DNA from: Phallusia mammillata
Lineage: Eukaryota
Reading direction: 5' to 3'
Assembly: GCA_965637545.1 (NCBI GenBank)
Contig: OZ281497.1
Span: 24,676,001 to 24,740,000, forward strand
Length of the DNA stretch: 64,000 bases
Each line of letters opens with the position of its first letter. The first letter of the stretch is position 1. This document shows, piece after piece, positions 51,051 to 63,960 of the stretch. A program made the translations under genes and the position numbers. A model generated the notes under the pieces. It made no database searches. It had not been told where the DNA came from and saw only the letters and a list, made by a program, of their open reading frames with translations.

Positions 51051-53666
51051 ATTAAACTACCTGCCATGTAAGTTTGGGTTCAATATTCCCAGTGTTAACG
51101 AAGCTACGACGGTTTCCGCTAAAGTGTCCCATTATACCCATGTTTTTATACATTGCTTGCAAACAGACGATATTATTTAATTTAGCTCGATTGTTTGCAG
51201 AAAATTCTACCCGGCGGTGGACAACTTCATTTCGTCAAATAAACCGATATATTAGCAACCATTTGTTGGTTTTAATAACGCAACGGTATTATACGACAAA
51301 ACAATTAACAGTAGCAAAAATTACTGCAAAAAAGTAAAAATGTGAAAGTTTATCCTAAACGGCAAAGCATTACAGAACTCCTGCTTTTAACGTTTGACAG
51401 AAAGATATAGAAATATGCCAGGTATGAAATGAGGATGCTGCATTTTTACGGTTTTCCAACAAAGTCGGCAACATCATTTTGGCGAGTGTATCTACACATA
51501 AACGTTCATTTGATTTGTGCGATTGTTGACGTCCAATTTTGTGTTTGATATTTTATTCGACTGTAGGGGTTTAGAGAAACAAACATTGCGATTAAGGCTC
51601 AAGACTATTTGTGATACTTAGATAATGTAGTATAATACTGATGGCAAAATCTTGTTTAAATTCGGCGTACACTGCAAGATACAAATTAAACAAAAAAATA
51701 CAAATTGTAAGAGCAATACCTATGACGTCAAAAGACTGTAGTTAAAAAAATTAATACAATTTTACCGAACTAGAGAGTAAATCATCTGGAATAGTGCACA
51801 AATCTCAACAATAAGCAAGTGCGTTCACTGCTTACACAAACAAACAAACGTAAGTTGACACGCCTACACATGATGTAGATTTTTATTCCTGGTTTACTAT
51901 GTAAAAAAAATATGCGAAATGATTTCTACAGTTTTACAGTTTTGCGCATAGTTAAATCACATTCTCTACTTTGCAAATGAAACACCCAACACAAAACGTA
52001 TATAACAAGCAAGCTTACTCCGCAACACAAATATATTTACTGGGAAATGTGCATAGACTTGAACCACTCATAATCGATTTTTTATAATAGTTAACGCCTA
52101 ATATTTGTGTTCGAATATTTGAGAAACGTAGAAAACGTAATAGCGAAGAAACCAGAACAATAATAGAACAATGCCTACGATATACAATGGATACAATTTG
52201 AAAATCAGTGACAGTATTGGGACACAAGGTGGCCGCTTGGTAGAACTCGAGAGCCAATCAACAATATAGTTCCCCCATTTCTACACCAAGCGCCCGAAAA
52301 CATGCGATAACTATTTACACAAACAAAGGCAAGTCGATACACGTACAAGTCATAACAATATGATTAAAATTGTCATTTCTTGTTTACCATGGGAACTAAT
52401 TTACCCGAAATTATTTGTACAATTTTACATTTACATTTTACCTATAGTTAAATCACATCCCCTACTTTGCAAATTAAAAATACAACACAAAACGGATGAA
52501 ACAAGCGAGCTTACAGCGTAGGAAAAGCAGATAGGAGAAGTCAAGACGTTGACGTTTTCCTTATATATATTAATGGAACTTTATCGCACCAACAATAAAT
52601 GCACAAGAGAAACAAAAATAAACTCGATGACAAAAACAGGAAGAACAGAACATAAAATAGGCAACAATAAACTTGCAAAGTAATATTTGCTTAATAATGC
52701 CATTTACAGTGATTAAGAGAACATTTTGCAGCCTGTAGAGTGTAGATAAATACCTTGTACGAGCTGCGTGCACGAAAGCAGGCGATTTCAATATGTACAC
52801 AACAAAACGCCGGGAAACTGATTGAGATGTTATTTAACACTGATAAAAAACTTATTTTAGTCATAAGCATTGGCTGTATAAACATTTAGATAGATCCCAG
52901 TTCCCGAAATTAAACTTTTGTCCCCAGTCTCTACTGCAAGGTAAAGCATACCACAAGACAGCTCCACATTTAGATAAAGCGGAAAAAGGGGGGTGGGGTA
53001 GGGTGAAAAACTAAGTTTTAAAGTTAGTTTTAAATTTTGTTATATCACCTTACTTTAACCCACATTGTCTAAACTGGCAGAATTTTTTGTAATGTCTCGT
53101 TTTAACAAATACGTATTGGTGCACTTTGCTTCACTTGTCGGAATTTAGCTAAATATTGAGGTGACGTGAAATGGTGTTAGTAGATTTTTCCCGGTACATA
53201 TAGTACAAAAGAAAGTTACAAAAAAACTTTGTAGAAATGTCATTTAGGTGTGTCTTCGGAAACGCTTTAAGCTAGCTTCTGTTTCTTTTTACATTTCCAC
53301 AAACCGGTAGAAATGTCTGTGGAATACTTCCACGGAGGTACACTGAAACAAAAAAAAACAACCCTTAGCAAAAAAAGCAAATGGACAGTCAGTTCCACAG
53401 GCTGAGGCTAATTTTAGATCGAATTGTAACACACACATTTGTCAAATGCTTTGCTGGCACAAAGTACACGAATCGCAACAATAAGAACTCAACTCGTACC
53501 AATTTAAGACTGGAAGCAGGCTGAATAAGCATGCCTTTCTTTCAGGGTTCAAAAATATGAAACTTGTGTCAAGCCAACTAGACAAAATAAAGGTACCAGG
53601 GCGTAATGAAAAAAACTGGTTATTCATTAACATACTTGTTTACCAACCTGAATCACATTGCGACCC

Positions 53667-56600
53667 TTACGCTTTTTCAACAGAACTAGTGAGCGTTGCT
53701 ATAATAAATGGGGCAGTGAATTGACTCAGGTTTCCCATCTTGCTTAAATTGGGGGGCAAAGCTTCAGGTACATCGTCAGGCACATTGATTTCGTCGTGAT
53801 CATCGGTACTAACTTGTGACAACTCATGAGCAACTTTAAATATAAAATTAGGTAGATGTTACGTTAAGATTGATTGTACTGTTTAATTTACAGTTACTTT
53901 GTTCTGCTTTTGGACGAGAAGAAGCATCTCCGTCCCAACATTTTCTCATGAGGTTTGTGAGTAAATTGAAAATCTCCTTGTCGTCATCAGCAAGAGTTGT
54001 TTGAACATTTGTCACATGTTTCACATCGTCGTCCGGTCTTAGGCCTGATTGAATACGCAGCATCACCACCAACGGAGGTCGTTGATTGCCGTGAAAAATC
54101 GGATACAATGTCACGATTTCATACAAAACCATTCCGAAGCTGAAAAAATGTATAAGCAACGGGTTTAATGCAACACCATGATTGGTTGGAATACAGGTTT
54201 TGTTTAAATTCTACCCAAATATACAATGACAGCTAACCTGTAGATGTCCGATGCTGGGTCAGGTATTCCCTCTTTAAAAAACTCAGGGGAAACGTAAAAA
54301 GCTGTATATTCCTTGGTGTTGCTCGTGTCAACAGTGGTTGTCATTTCAGTAGCTGCTATGACGTTATTTGCTCCAAAATCAGCAAGTTTCACACATAGAT
54401 TAGTAGTAAGTAAGATGTTTTCAGGTTTAATATCACAATGACAAAATGTTTCGCCTGGTTTGTAGTTGTGCAAGTATGAAAGAGCAGAGATAAGTTGTCG
54501 AGCGAACCGAAGTCTCAACTTCCAACGCAGGTTTTTTTGCCTGTGTTCCTCCAAGTAGCTTTTTAGATTTCCACCACCGATGAATTCCAGTATTATGGCA
54601 ACCTCGTTATTCCAACTAGTAAAGCCATAAATTTGCACGATGTTTGGATGACGAAATCGAACCAACGCTCCAGCTTCCCGCCGAACACTGCAAAGTGTAT
54701 TTAGTGGTATAAGGATGTTGAACGTAAATTTTTTGACTTTGTACACTGGTCTGTTCATTTGACATTGTCTACGCAGACATTTTGGACCATTTTGTCACCT
54801 AACCCTTAAATTAATGTTTTGATACCAATTTACCTTGAGACAGACTGTTGGAAAACTTGATTTTTATTATTTTTTGTTATTTTTGATAATCAAAACCACT
54901 AATCAAATATTTTGCTTATACACACCCATTTTTGCGCTTGTCCATTTCTGGACCGATGCCTTTCAGAGATATGCACTTTGCAACAACTCTTCCCCAAGAT
55001 TTATGGTAGCAACGACGAACTGCGCCAAATCCTCCGCAACCAATGTAGTCTGTCTTGTCAATATTTGTAGCTAGTGACACTGCATCAACTTCAGTTAACT
55101 TGGAGGAGAACTGCATCTGAAACAACGCAAAATATGTCGTTTACGACAGAACAAAGTGAGATTAGTTAGTGAAGTGTCGCAGTAGACCAGCGGATCTCAA
55201 TGTGGGGTCCGCGGAACTTTAAGGGTCCGTGAGGCAATTTTGGGGGAACCGCGAAGTTGAAGTAATGCGATATTATTATTTGGCGTCAGTTTGTGTCACT
55301 AAAGAAGTTTAAATCAAAGTTGAATTGAGAATTGACTGCCTCCATTGCTAGACAATAGCCTTTATTGAATGACAACTATCAAAAACGCAATTGTTCACAA
55401 TCGTAATGCTTCTTGTTTTGTCTGTGATGTTACAAGCTGTCTTTGGATGATTATTATGCGCCCTTTTGCATAACTAGCTAAAATCAACTTTCGTTTCTAT
55501 GAAATACACATTTAGGCTTAGGACCGCGACCCCTCAAAACAATGGCAAAAAAACGTTTTGAAAAAAATATGAAAAAGTTTGATAACCACTGCAGTAGACC
55601 ATTTCGACAAACAATGTCAATAGTCAATTCAACACTACCATTAAAATGTTTAGAATATATTTTTACCTTGGATTGACTCTGTGCTGTTTTTTTAAGGATT
55701 TCCGCAGATTTAACGACAATGTGTTCTTCAGGATTAGAGTGTGGCCTATGGTCTTCTGGTGCCCGAGATTTTGGTTGGCTACTAGAGTGAGAGCTCTAAA
55801 CCAACGACGTTTTTTAACACAACGATAAAATAACCAAACCACAGAAAAAATAAATTAATTTAGCATGTCAAAAAATTTTTACATTTTCCGTACTGTAATC
55901 AAATTAAAACAATTAGTTTAAAATACGACTTAAACTTGATGTGAAATTGATATGTCTAATAGCACAAACCTCTCCCCTGGCTGGGTGAGCTTCCAGGGCA
56001 TGCCTCTGATCAAAGGAAGGAAGTGATGAGTTGAGCATTTTTAATAAAGATGAAGCAGATGTAATGAGTTCCGGATCATTGGCTTCATTAATCCAATTAC
56101 ACACTCGCCTGATATTTTCCGCATATAAGTTCAACTCAGATGTAATGGGTTCCAATAACCAAAGTTTTTTAAGTGACCAATCTTTCGCGGAGCTTGTTGA
56201 GACCAAGGTTTCAAGTGTATCAAAAACACCAGAACCGCACATACCAAAAGCAAACTTGGATACCAGTTCCCATTTGTCCTCGGTTAGTTGTCTCCGTAGC
56301 CTTTGAAAGTCATCCAAGGGCATAATCATCATCATGTAGAAGGCGGCAAAAAACTCCTGCCAGGTGAGATGAGAAAAGTATCTTACTTTGTGTCCGTCTA
56401 ATATCGTCAGCTTCATATTCACTTGCTTTGTTACTGGTATGTTTAGGAATGCATTTATCGTTGAAGATTTAATCCCAGCTTTTTCAAAGTCCCTGTCTTT
56501 TAAAACAAATTTTCCGTTGAGAAAAGCATCCCAAGCCATTTTTGCCAGTTTCTCCATATCACATTCTTGACTCTTCGGATGATCTGTTGTTAGATATTGG

Positions 56601-59600
56601 CTAAAAGCAAAAGCTAGAACTCGTGTGAGTGAAACAAACTGAATATCTCCATCGTAATTCATCAGGTAGTTGAGTGTCAATATGAAATTGACAGGAACAT
56701 AACAGTATGCAAATACATTGGGGTGTTGGATAAGTTTTTGGTGTATAACCTCGTAGTTGTTTCCACATATCTGACGTCCAAGTTCATCCTGTGATGTTGG
56801 AGTTAAACCAAGTATCTGGACTATAAACTTGGGTCGGTATGAAGGATGGAGCTTGTGCAGTTGAGATGGTCGTGATGTGAAAATCTTTCGAGCACGTGGA
56901 AGCAAGTTTCCTCCCGCTAAATGCTTCAAGTAACATTCTGCAGTATTTTTTTCATGTAACAGTGGTTTCGAAATCAAACTTGAAAATGATTTGAATGCTG
57001 CCTCATCCAAACCGTCGCAAATGATCAAAACGTGAGGATCACTGCAAATGGCAGAGAGTATAACGGTTGCCTCGTCACGTGTGCAGTTCCAGTCTGATAA
57101 CATGGTGGAAACCAAAAACTGAAGAAGCGTCACCTTATCCATGAAGTCAAGGTGCCTGATCGCAATGTAAAAGACAAATGATACTCTTCCACATAACTGT
57201 CCACGTATAGCTTGTAGGGCCCACTTTTTGGAAATAGTGGATTTTCCTATTCCAGCTTGTCCAATAACGCCTAAGACATTTCCATGTTTTTCGATGTAGT
57301 TTTGCTTAGCTTCTTTTTCAACTGTTCTAAATATTTTCGAAGCCTCGTGTTGTGCCATCAGTTGTGCAACATTAAACATTTGTTCACCGGTAAAGTCACT
57401 TGGTGGTTCATAGACCTCCTTTATGCGGCGGTAGTGTCCTTCTGCTTGAAAATCGTCTTCAATTTGTTGTGGTTTGCTGACCATGGCAACGGGGACGGGT
57501 TCTATAGCTCGGTCTACAATTTTAGATAGTGACGATTCATCATCAGCGATGGCTTCAACTTTTTTGGTGAGTAGAAACTGTAGTTGCTCATCTAAAAGAG
57601 GAAAATTAATAGTTTGACAAATAATTTTTCGTCATCATGGTGCTACAATGCGGTGAGCTGTGTTCCTTTGTAGTGCATTGCGGTAGCATGTGTCGTCTGC
57701 TTTCTTACGAACGTGAGTGACACTACTTTCGCGTTTTAATAAGTGGGTTTTCTTAAATATTGCAACTACTGACGGTTGCAAACATAGGGGTAAACCTGTT
57801 AACTAGCAATTAAAACCTATGAATAATCCTATTATGTGTGTGTTTTAATGATCTTTTTTTGTTTCGTTTCCGGTGGACTACGTCACGTAAACATTTTAAA
57901 ATTTTCTCAAACGACTTAACTCAAAAGTCAGACAAAGATAGTCCTCACATATTTCATTTTCAATGGCTTGTGTTGTTTGCTGATGCAGACTTGCTGAAGA
58001 CTGGGTTACTGTAGATGGGCTCTTTGCTCTCCCAGGTTGTGCTACCGGAGGAGGAGGACTTTCTGATTCCGTCCATAGGTTATGGTCTGTATGTGGTTGC
58101 TTTGCATTGCACCCTGGTCCACTTGTGTTGGTGGTTGTGTCACCAAGCTGTACCACTTGTGCTTCCCCCTAAAATAAATTTATTATCGGTTATAGATGAT
58201 TACACTGGTCAACACAATTTTTGGTGTCTTTAATGTTAAAACTGATATTGACTAATTTTGGGGTGCTGATTTCAAAAATCATTACGGTTTTCTTCAACCA
58301 GATCAACTTTTTAAGTTATTTACAAAATCAAAATTTATGACCATATTGATTCAATGACTTTAAAATCATGCTTTTATGTGTTTGTTAAAGTTTTGTTACA
58401 TTATACACATCAATTTCCTACAGTGCAGTCAGTTTTATAGCATATGCGTTCTATGCTTATGCTCTGTCTAAAAATGGTTGGTGCAGGCTAGCGGTAACTT
58501 TGAACTATACATGTTTTATGGAATGATTTTCAGTCTAGTAAAGCAAGGTGGTAAAACTAAAATTAATAGTGGCTAGGTCATCTATAAGGTGTTGCATGAA
58601 TTACCAAGATGTTTTATGCTACATTTCTGGTGTAAACCCATACAACACAACTAAAAAGAAAAAAAGGTCTGTATCAAATGTGCATATCTTGCACACTTCG
58701 ATGAGGTCTTAGGGGTTTAGGACAAGCAATTGGCTCCACTTACCTAATGTTGACTGGAATATTGCAGTACTGGACAAAAACAGCAAAAAGGGACTGAAAT
58801 TATTAGAAAGAGTACATAACTAAGTTATTGAGCGGTCTGAAAAATTCGGTAACAAAATGAGTATAAAGCTACACTTCCCTCTTGAAACGTAGGTGATAAA
58901 ATTGATCAGAATTAAGCTGAAAGGTTTCATCAGGATATTAGTAAAACAAAATGTGTCAGGGAAGAAGGAATAATGTGGTCCTGGCTAACTGCTGTTGGTC
59001 AATTAAACGGGACGATATTGCTGCCACTCAGTTCCGAAAGTTACCAAAGTACATGTGTAGGGGTATACCTGATAACTTACACATTTGAAACATTTTTTTG
59101 TTTTTTTGTGTTGAATTTTGTTTCTTAGGAGTGTCCACCTGTTACATTTAAAATTAAATTCGAAATTTTGTTCTTGCAATAACGTTAATTCTAAATAAAT
59201 ACTCAAAACCAGTTTTACTTTTGTGTATAACTTACATATAGATTGTTTTTCAAATGTGGATGTACCATAACACAAAAACTAGACGTGATACAGATAAACT
59301 GGTTGCATTTTTGAAATCAGAGCACTAGAATTAGTCAAAATCAGTTAAAACATTCCAGACACTAGTAAAAAAATATTTTTTTTTTGTTGCCCAGTGTAAC
59401 CATTGGAAATAAAAGTATAATAGATCTTTTCGAATTTCTTACAATTTTTGTAACATTGCTTTCGGGATGAGCTGGAATTAAGTGGGCTGGAACTGTATCC
59501 GATTCTCGGGATACACCAAGTGGAGATGAAATGTCAACCGAACCTTAAAATATACAACTTGCGTCAAGAAAATCGTAAAGTTATAGGATGCTTTGTAAAT

Positions 59601-59715
59601 TACCCGCTTTGTTGGTTTGACTGGTTTGGGGAACATCATCATTCAAGACTTGAGATAAGTTTTGTTGAGGTAACGTATCGCCCAATGCGGGCGTATTAAG
59701 CCCGTGTTGAGCCAT
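53667..59715 (-). CDS. NLR-K2: N-terminal low-complexity region with a RHIM-like motif + NACHT (no LRR) + RIPK-like kinase (predicted 1077 aa)
   Basis: 9 exons (minus): 59715-59604, 59543-59443, 58168-57949, 57591-55970, 55795-55667, 55116-54926, 54687-54238, 54139-53898, 53833-53667. Total 3234 nt, GT-AG, phase-compatible, no stop. NACHT motifs: GQAGIGKS, LIICDGLDE, IFTSRP, YVPVNF, FSHLTWQEFFAA. Kinase motifs: IGCGGFG, VVAK, HCDIKPEN, DFG, YVSPE. Confidence 0.85.
55168..55591. mobile_element. hAT-Charlie-type MITE in an NLR-K2 intron
   Basis: TIRs CAGCGGATCTCAA / TTGATAACCACTG and a perfect 8-bp TSD CAGTAGAC. The empty site is in NLR-K1 at about 22460. Confidence 0.9.
58203..59396. mobile_element. 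Non-autonomous TIR element (1194 bp) flanked by TA, in NLR-K2 intron 2
   Basis: Ends TA-CACTGGTCAACA ... TGTTGCCCAGTG-TA, with about 100 bp of imperfect inverted subterminal sequence. The paralogous NLR-K1 intron is only 71 nt. Confidence 0.8.
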
Positions 59716-60644
59716 AATTACAAATTGCAAAGCATTTTGTTTTCAGTTCTTGCAAAACAAAGAAAAATAATATATCCGTAAAGTATCTTACATTAAAGTT
59801 AACAAGAGCTTGTCGGAGTTTTACCGCATAGTTATCCATTGAAGCGTTCCCAACAGTTTCTATTTATATGTACCGGTAACCTAATCCATAAAAGGTAACC
59901 TAAAATGGGGATATGGCATCTTAACTAGAGAACCGCACAAAGTAGTTTGCTTAAAATCTGACAAATTAACAAAACCAAATGCTGTTTAGAAACTAGTAAC
60001 ATTTTACCACCAAGCTCTCACTGTCCATTTGCTAACACACAGCTCTACTGCAAAATATTTCAGGACCAACATTTAAAAATGCCAGCGTTTCGCAGAATCC
60101 TGTATTGAATGTCTACTGTTAAGCATTTCGACCTATAAAACAAGCAGAAAAAATAAAAACCACTGCGCAAGAAGTTCAACACGAATTGTTGGGTAACGAA
60201 GTCATTTAAAAATTGCAGTTGGTTGGACCAGAAATTTTGCGTACGTGCCTGATTTTAGCTTTCACAGAAAAAGTTGTTGATCCCTGTTTTACGATTCAGG
60301 AATTTGTTTTCCCAAATTGGCAAATATCGAGAACTCACGTCGCTAAACGAGGCTAATACCTACAGAAAGATGTTGTACCTTGCTGGTGATTTGACCGCGG
60401 ACATTGCGTACGTGACTGCTTTGCGCTTTTACAGGCATGTTTTTTTTCTGTTTTACGATTCTGGGATTCGACTTCCAAATATAGCAAATGCCGAGAACGC
60501 TCGTGTACAAACGAGTTTACTAATGATAAACCATCGTAAGTGCATACTAACTTTTTGCGCGTACAAGTTCAGTGCGAAATTAACGACTTGGAATAACGGT
60601 GAAGCTACAGCGCGTTTACCGCCTATTCACAACTTTCAACTGTA

Positions 60645-63600
60645 AGGCCTTGGTATGCAGATATGTAAAATCCGATAACAAATACAATATTTAACTTAGT
60701 TATAGTTCTGCTTTGGAACATAACGAAACGTAGCTACAGTACCTGTTGTTCCTTCTGTTTGCTTAGTTACGACTTTTGCAGCGAAACTTACTGAGGCAGA
60801 ACGTACCAAGCGGAAGGGATATTGGCAGACAAGTGAGTCAACACTAAAGTCTGACAAAAAAAAGCCCCCTACTGTTGCAATATAATCCCTTGCTGTTGCA
60901 ACATAAGCTGCAATAAAATCCCTGTATTGCATTCAGACTAGGCTTAGCCTAACATAAATCAACCCTTTAGAACCACCAACTGATTAATACAACATCAAAT
61001 GTGGAACATATCCGCAGTGATTACTTACAAGTTTAAAACAAATGCCCAATATTGCAGTAATATTTAGGTCCAGTCCACTATGGATGACACCTTGCCACGT
61101 TCATAGAGGGCGACAGTCATTTATTTGCCCACCCACGCACCTGTAAACAATGTCCGATGATCAGGTACAGGACCACACATTTTTTCGCGGTGACTTCCTT
61201 ACGGGCAACGATAAACTTTGGCCTGATACTGGTTTGCAAAACTAACTTATGAAGAGTCGTGGTCTCCTAGCATTTTATATGAAGTGTATGTTTTTAAATA
61301 TAACGAGAAAAACTGCAACAATACTGTTCCCTTTAAAAATCACCAAATAATACTATAATTAATCAGTGAAACCTCATTATAAAATGTTCACGAAGTGTTT
61401 TGTTATACACACGCAACTGTGAGTAAAACGCTGCTTGGGACCCGTGCCAAAACGTTTCTTTTATTCTAACTGCTCGACATTGCTTAAACAAAAAAAACGT
61501 CATACAGTTGCCTAATTTTTTCGCTGTTCTGCGCAGTTTATATCTGGTTATGTTTATTGTATGTGGGGTGATATCTAGCTGTTATGTCTGAATTGCAGTT
61601 TTTCATTAGATAAATGACGAATACAGCAATGTAAAGATAAAAGTTATCGTGGTAATCTGTTGTATATTTTAAATAATCGTCTGCAGACTTTAACATTGCC
61701 GTTAACTTTTGCCCTTGTACAACGTAAGCATCCTCTATGTCATTTGGTTATAATGTAAGATGAAAAGAGATTGTTATTTTACGTCGCTTAATTGGCGTGT
61801 TTTTGATTTGATAAATCGTCGGTGGTTGTAGCACAAAATATATTATTTTTGTAGTACTGTTTTGATGTATTTACACTAATCAGCAAACGTTAACAGGGGC
61901 ATTCTAGTAAGAGGTTTGGGAATACATAAAATGATGTTGTTGCAGTTTAAAGTCTTAAAATTGTTAGTATTTAATTTTGTGTATGAATATTTGAACAAGC
62001 TCTGGTCGGGCCAACCATGTTATTAAGGCTTACATTTATTTATTTATTTCATTGTTTATTAAAAAACGTATAAAAAGCATGTTTTTCATTAAATGAAGCA
62101 TAGATTGCAAAGACCTAACAAGAGAGAAAAATTAAACAACATACAAGCGAACAATATGTACGGTGTCCAATGTCTAGAATTTGAAAATCAGTGACAGATT
62201 ATGAACACAAGGTGGTCGCTTGGTGGCACTCGATAGCAGATTAACAATATAGTTGCACACATCTGCACTAAGCGTGTAGAACAGGGGTGGCCGCATCCGG
62301 CTCTTTGCCTGTTTTTATGCGGCTGTTACGTTGTTGTCGAAGCTTAGGGTCACTGTGGATATTTTGGTTAGTTTGTGGCTATGGAAATTTTGCTTTTAAA
62401 CAAACTTACTATCGATACGGCCACAAACCTTGTCTTGAAACTGCAACCCATGTTGCAAATGGCTTGATTGTGATGAATTTAGTATCGCCACCTTACATTT
62501 TGTAAAACACGACGACAACTTTGGAGCGCATGCGCGTTAAATAAAAATACCGCAAAGTTTCTCACCAGGGAAAATCTTTTCAGTACACAATTTTTGTCAA
62601 GTTAGCCTTCAAAATGACAGAGAAAAAAGATTTCAGAACCTCTCCAGACGTAAATCTTACCGCAAGGTACTGATAGAAAGAGAAAAAAAGATGTTTTAAT
62701 TTGTATGTTTGTGTTTGTGAGATTTGTTGAAATGAGAGTTTGTGTGTTTTAAAGTAGACAGTAAAAGTCATTCATCGTTGAAAATGACTGACCCGTGGCC
62801 TGTACATGTCAAAATGTGTCATTATTGTGTTTGTGTGCGACATTTAGAATAAATCTGGCAAAGCACAGGTCCATGTGTGTAAGGAAGGACGAAGCAATGA
62901 ACATGTTTGCCCGTGTGTAATGTGGCTCTTTGTGGTAACCCAGTAACAAATGTGGCTCTTAGGTGTTGACCAGTTGGCCACACCTGGTCTAAAAGATGCG
63001 ATCACTGTTTATACAAACATACAAACGCAAATTGGCACGCATACAAACTGAAACAACATGATTTAAATTTATTCCTCGTTTACCAGGGGAACAAATTGTC
63101 CGAAACTGAGTTAAATCACATTCCCTACTTTGCAACTTTAAAATAACACACAAAACGATATAACAAGCAGCTTACTTCGCAACACAATGCAGATAGTAGA
63201 TGTCAAGTCGAAAAACAAAAATGAACTTTATTAGAAGAAACAGTAAGAACAGAACAGAAAGTAGGCAACGAACAGCTTGCAAAGCAATATTTTCTTGAGA
63301 GTACGATTTACAGTGAGTTTTACAAACACGAATAAAAGTTGCATTGTCTAGGAGTCGGTATGAAAAGTTGTCGTGAAAACTAAAGAAACTAATAATAATT
63401 GTCAATAATAAGGCAGAAGCACAATCGAACCATCTGCTTTTGGGATTAATTACAAATACATTGTACAAAATTTCAAAATGCACAACAGAAAAACGTACAG
63501 AAAGCGATTGAGATGTTATTCAACAATGATAAAAAGTTAATTTTAGTAATAACATTGGCTGAAAAAAGTTTTAGTTAAGCGATAATTTCTGAAATCAGAC

Positions 63601-63960
63601 TTGTTTCCCCAGTCCCTACTGCAAGATAAAGCATACCACAAGTCAGGCCCGCATTTGGTTAAATTCCGATAGGCGGCGCAAAGAGCTGAATCATTAATTT
63701 AGTCGCTAACGTAAGTTTTCAGTATTTTTTGTGATACTACCTTAACTAAACCAATTCAGCCATTTATCGGAATTTAGCTAAATATTGAGGTAACATCAAG
63801 CGGTGTTATTAGATTTTTCCCAGTGCCCAAAGTGCCGTTACAGTAAACAAAAAACGTCGAAAAAATGTAAATTTGATGTGTTTTTAAGAATACTTTAAGC
63901 TAGCTTCAGTTTCTATTCTTATTTCATAGATCCGAAGAAGAATATGTAGATCTCCCGCAG
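60645..63960. repeat. Diverged copy of segmental block S (17818-20600)
   Basis: Colinear similarity throughout, including ctactgcaag..aaagcataccacaag (20187, 52931, 63617) and ctttaagctagcttc (20525, 53264, 63893). Confidence 0.88.
62282..62986. mobile_element. hAT MITE (705 bp)
   Basis: TIRs CAGGGGTGGCC / GGCCACACCTG and a degenerate 8-bp TSD (GTGTAGAA / GTCTAAAA). Absent from paralogous blocks at about 19560 and 52290. Confidence 0.7.
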
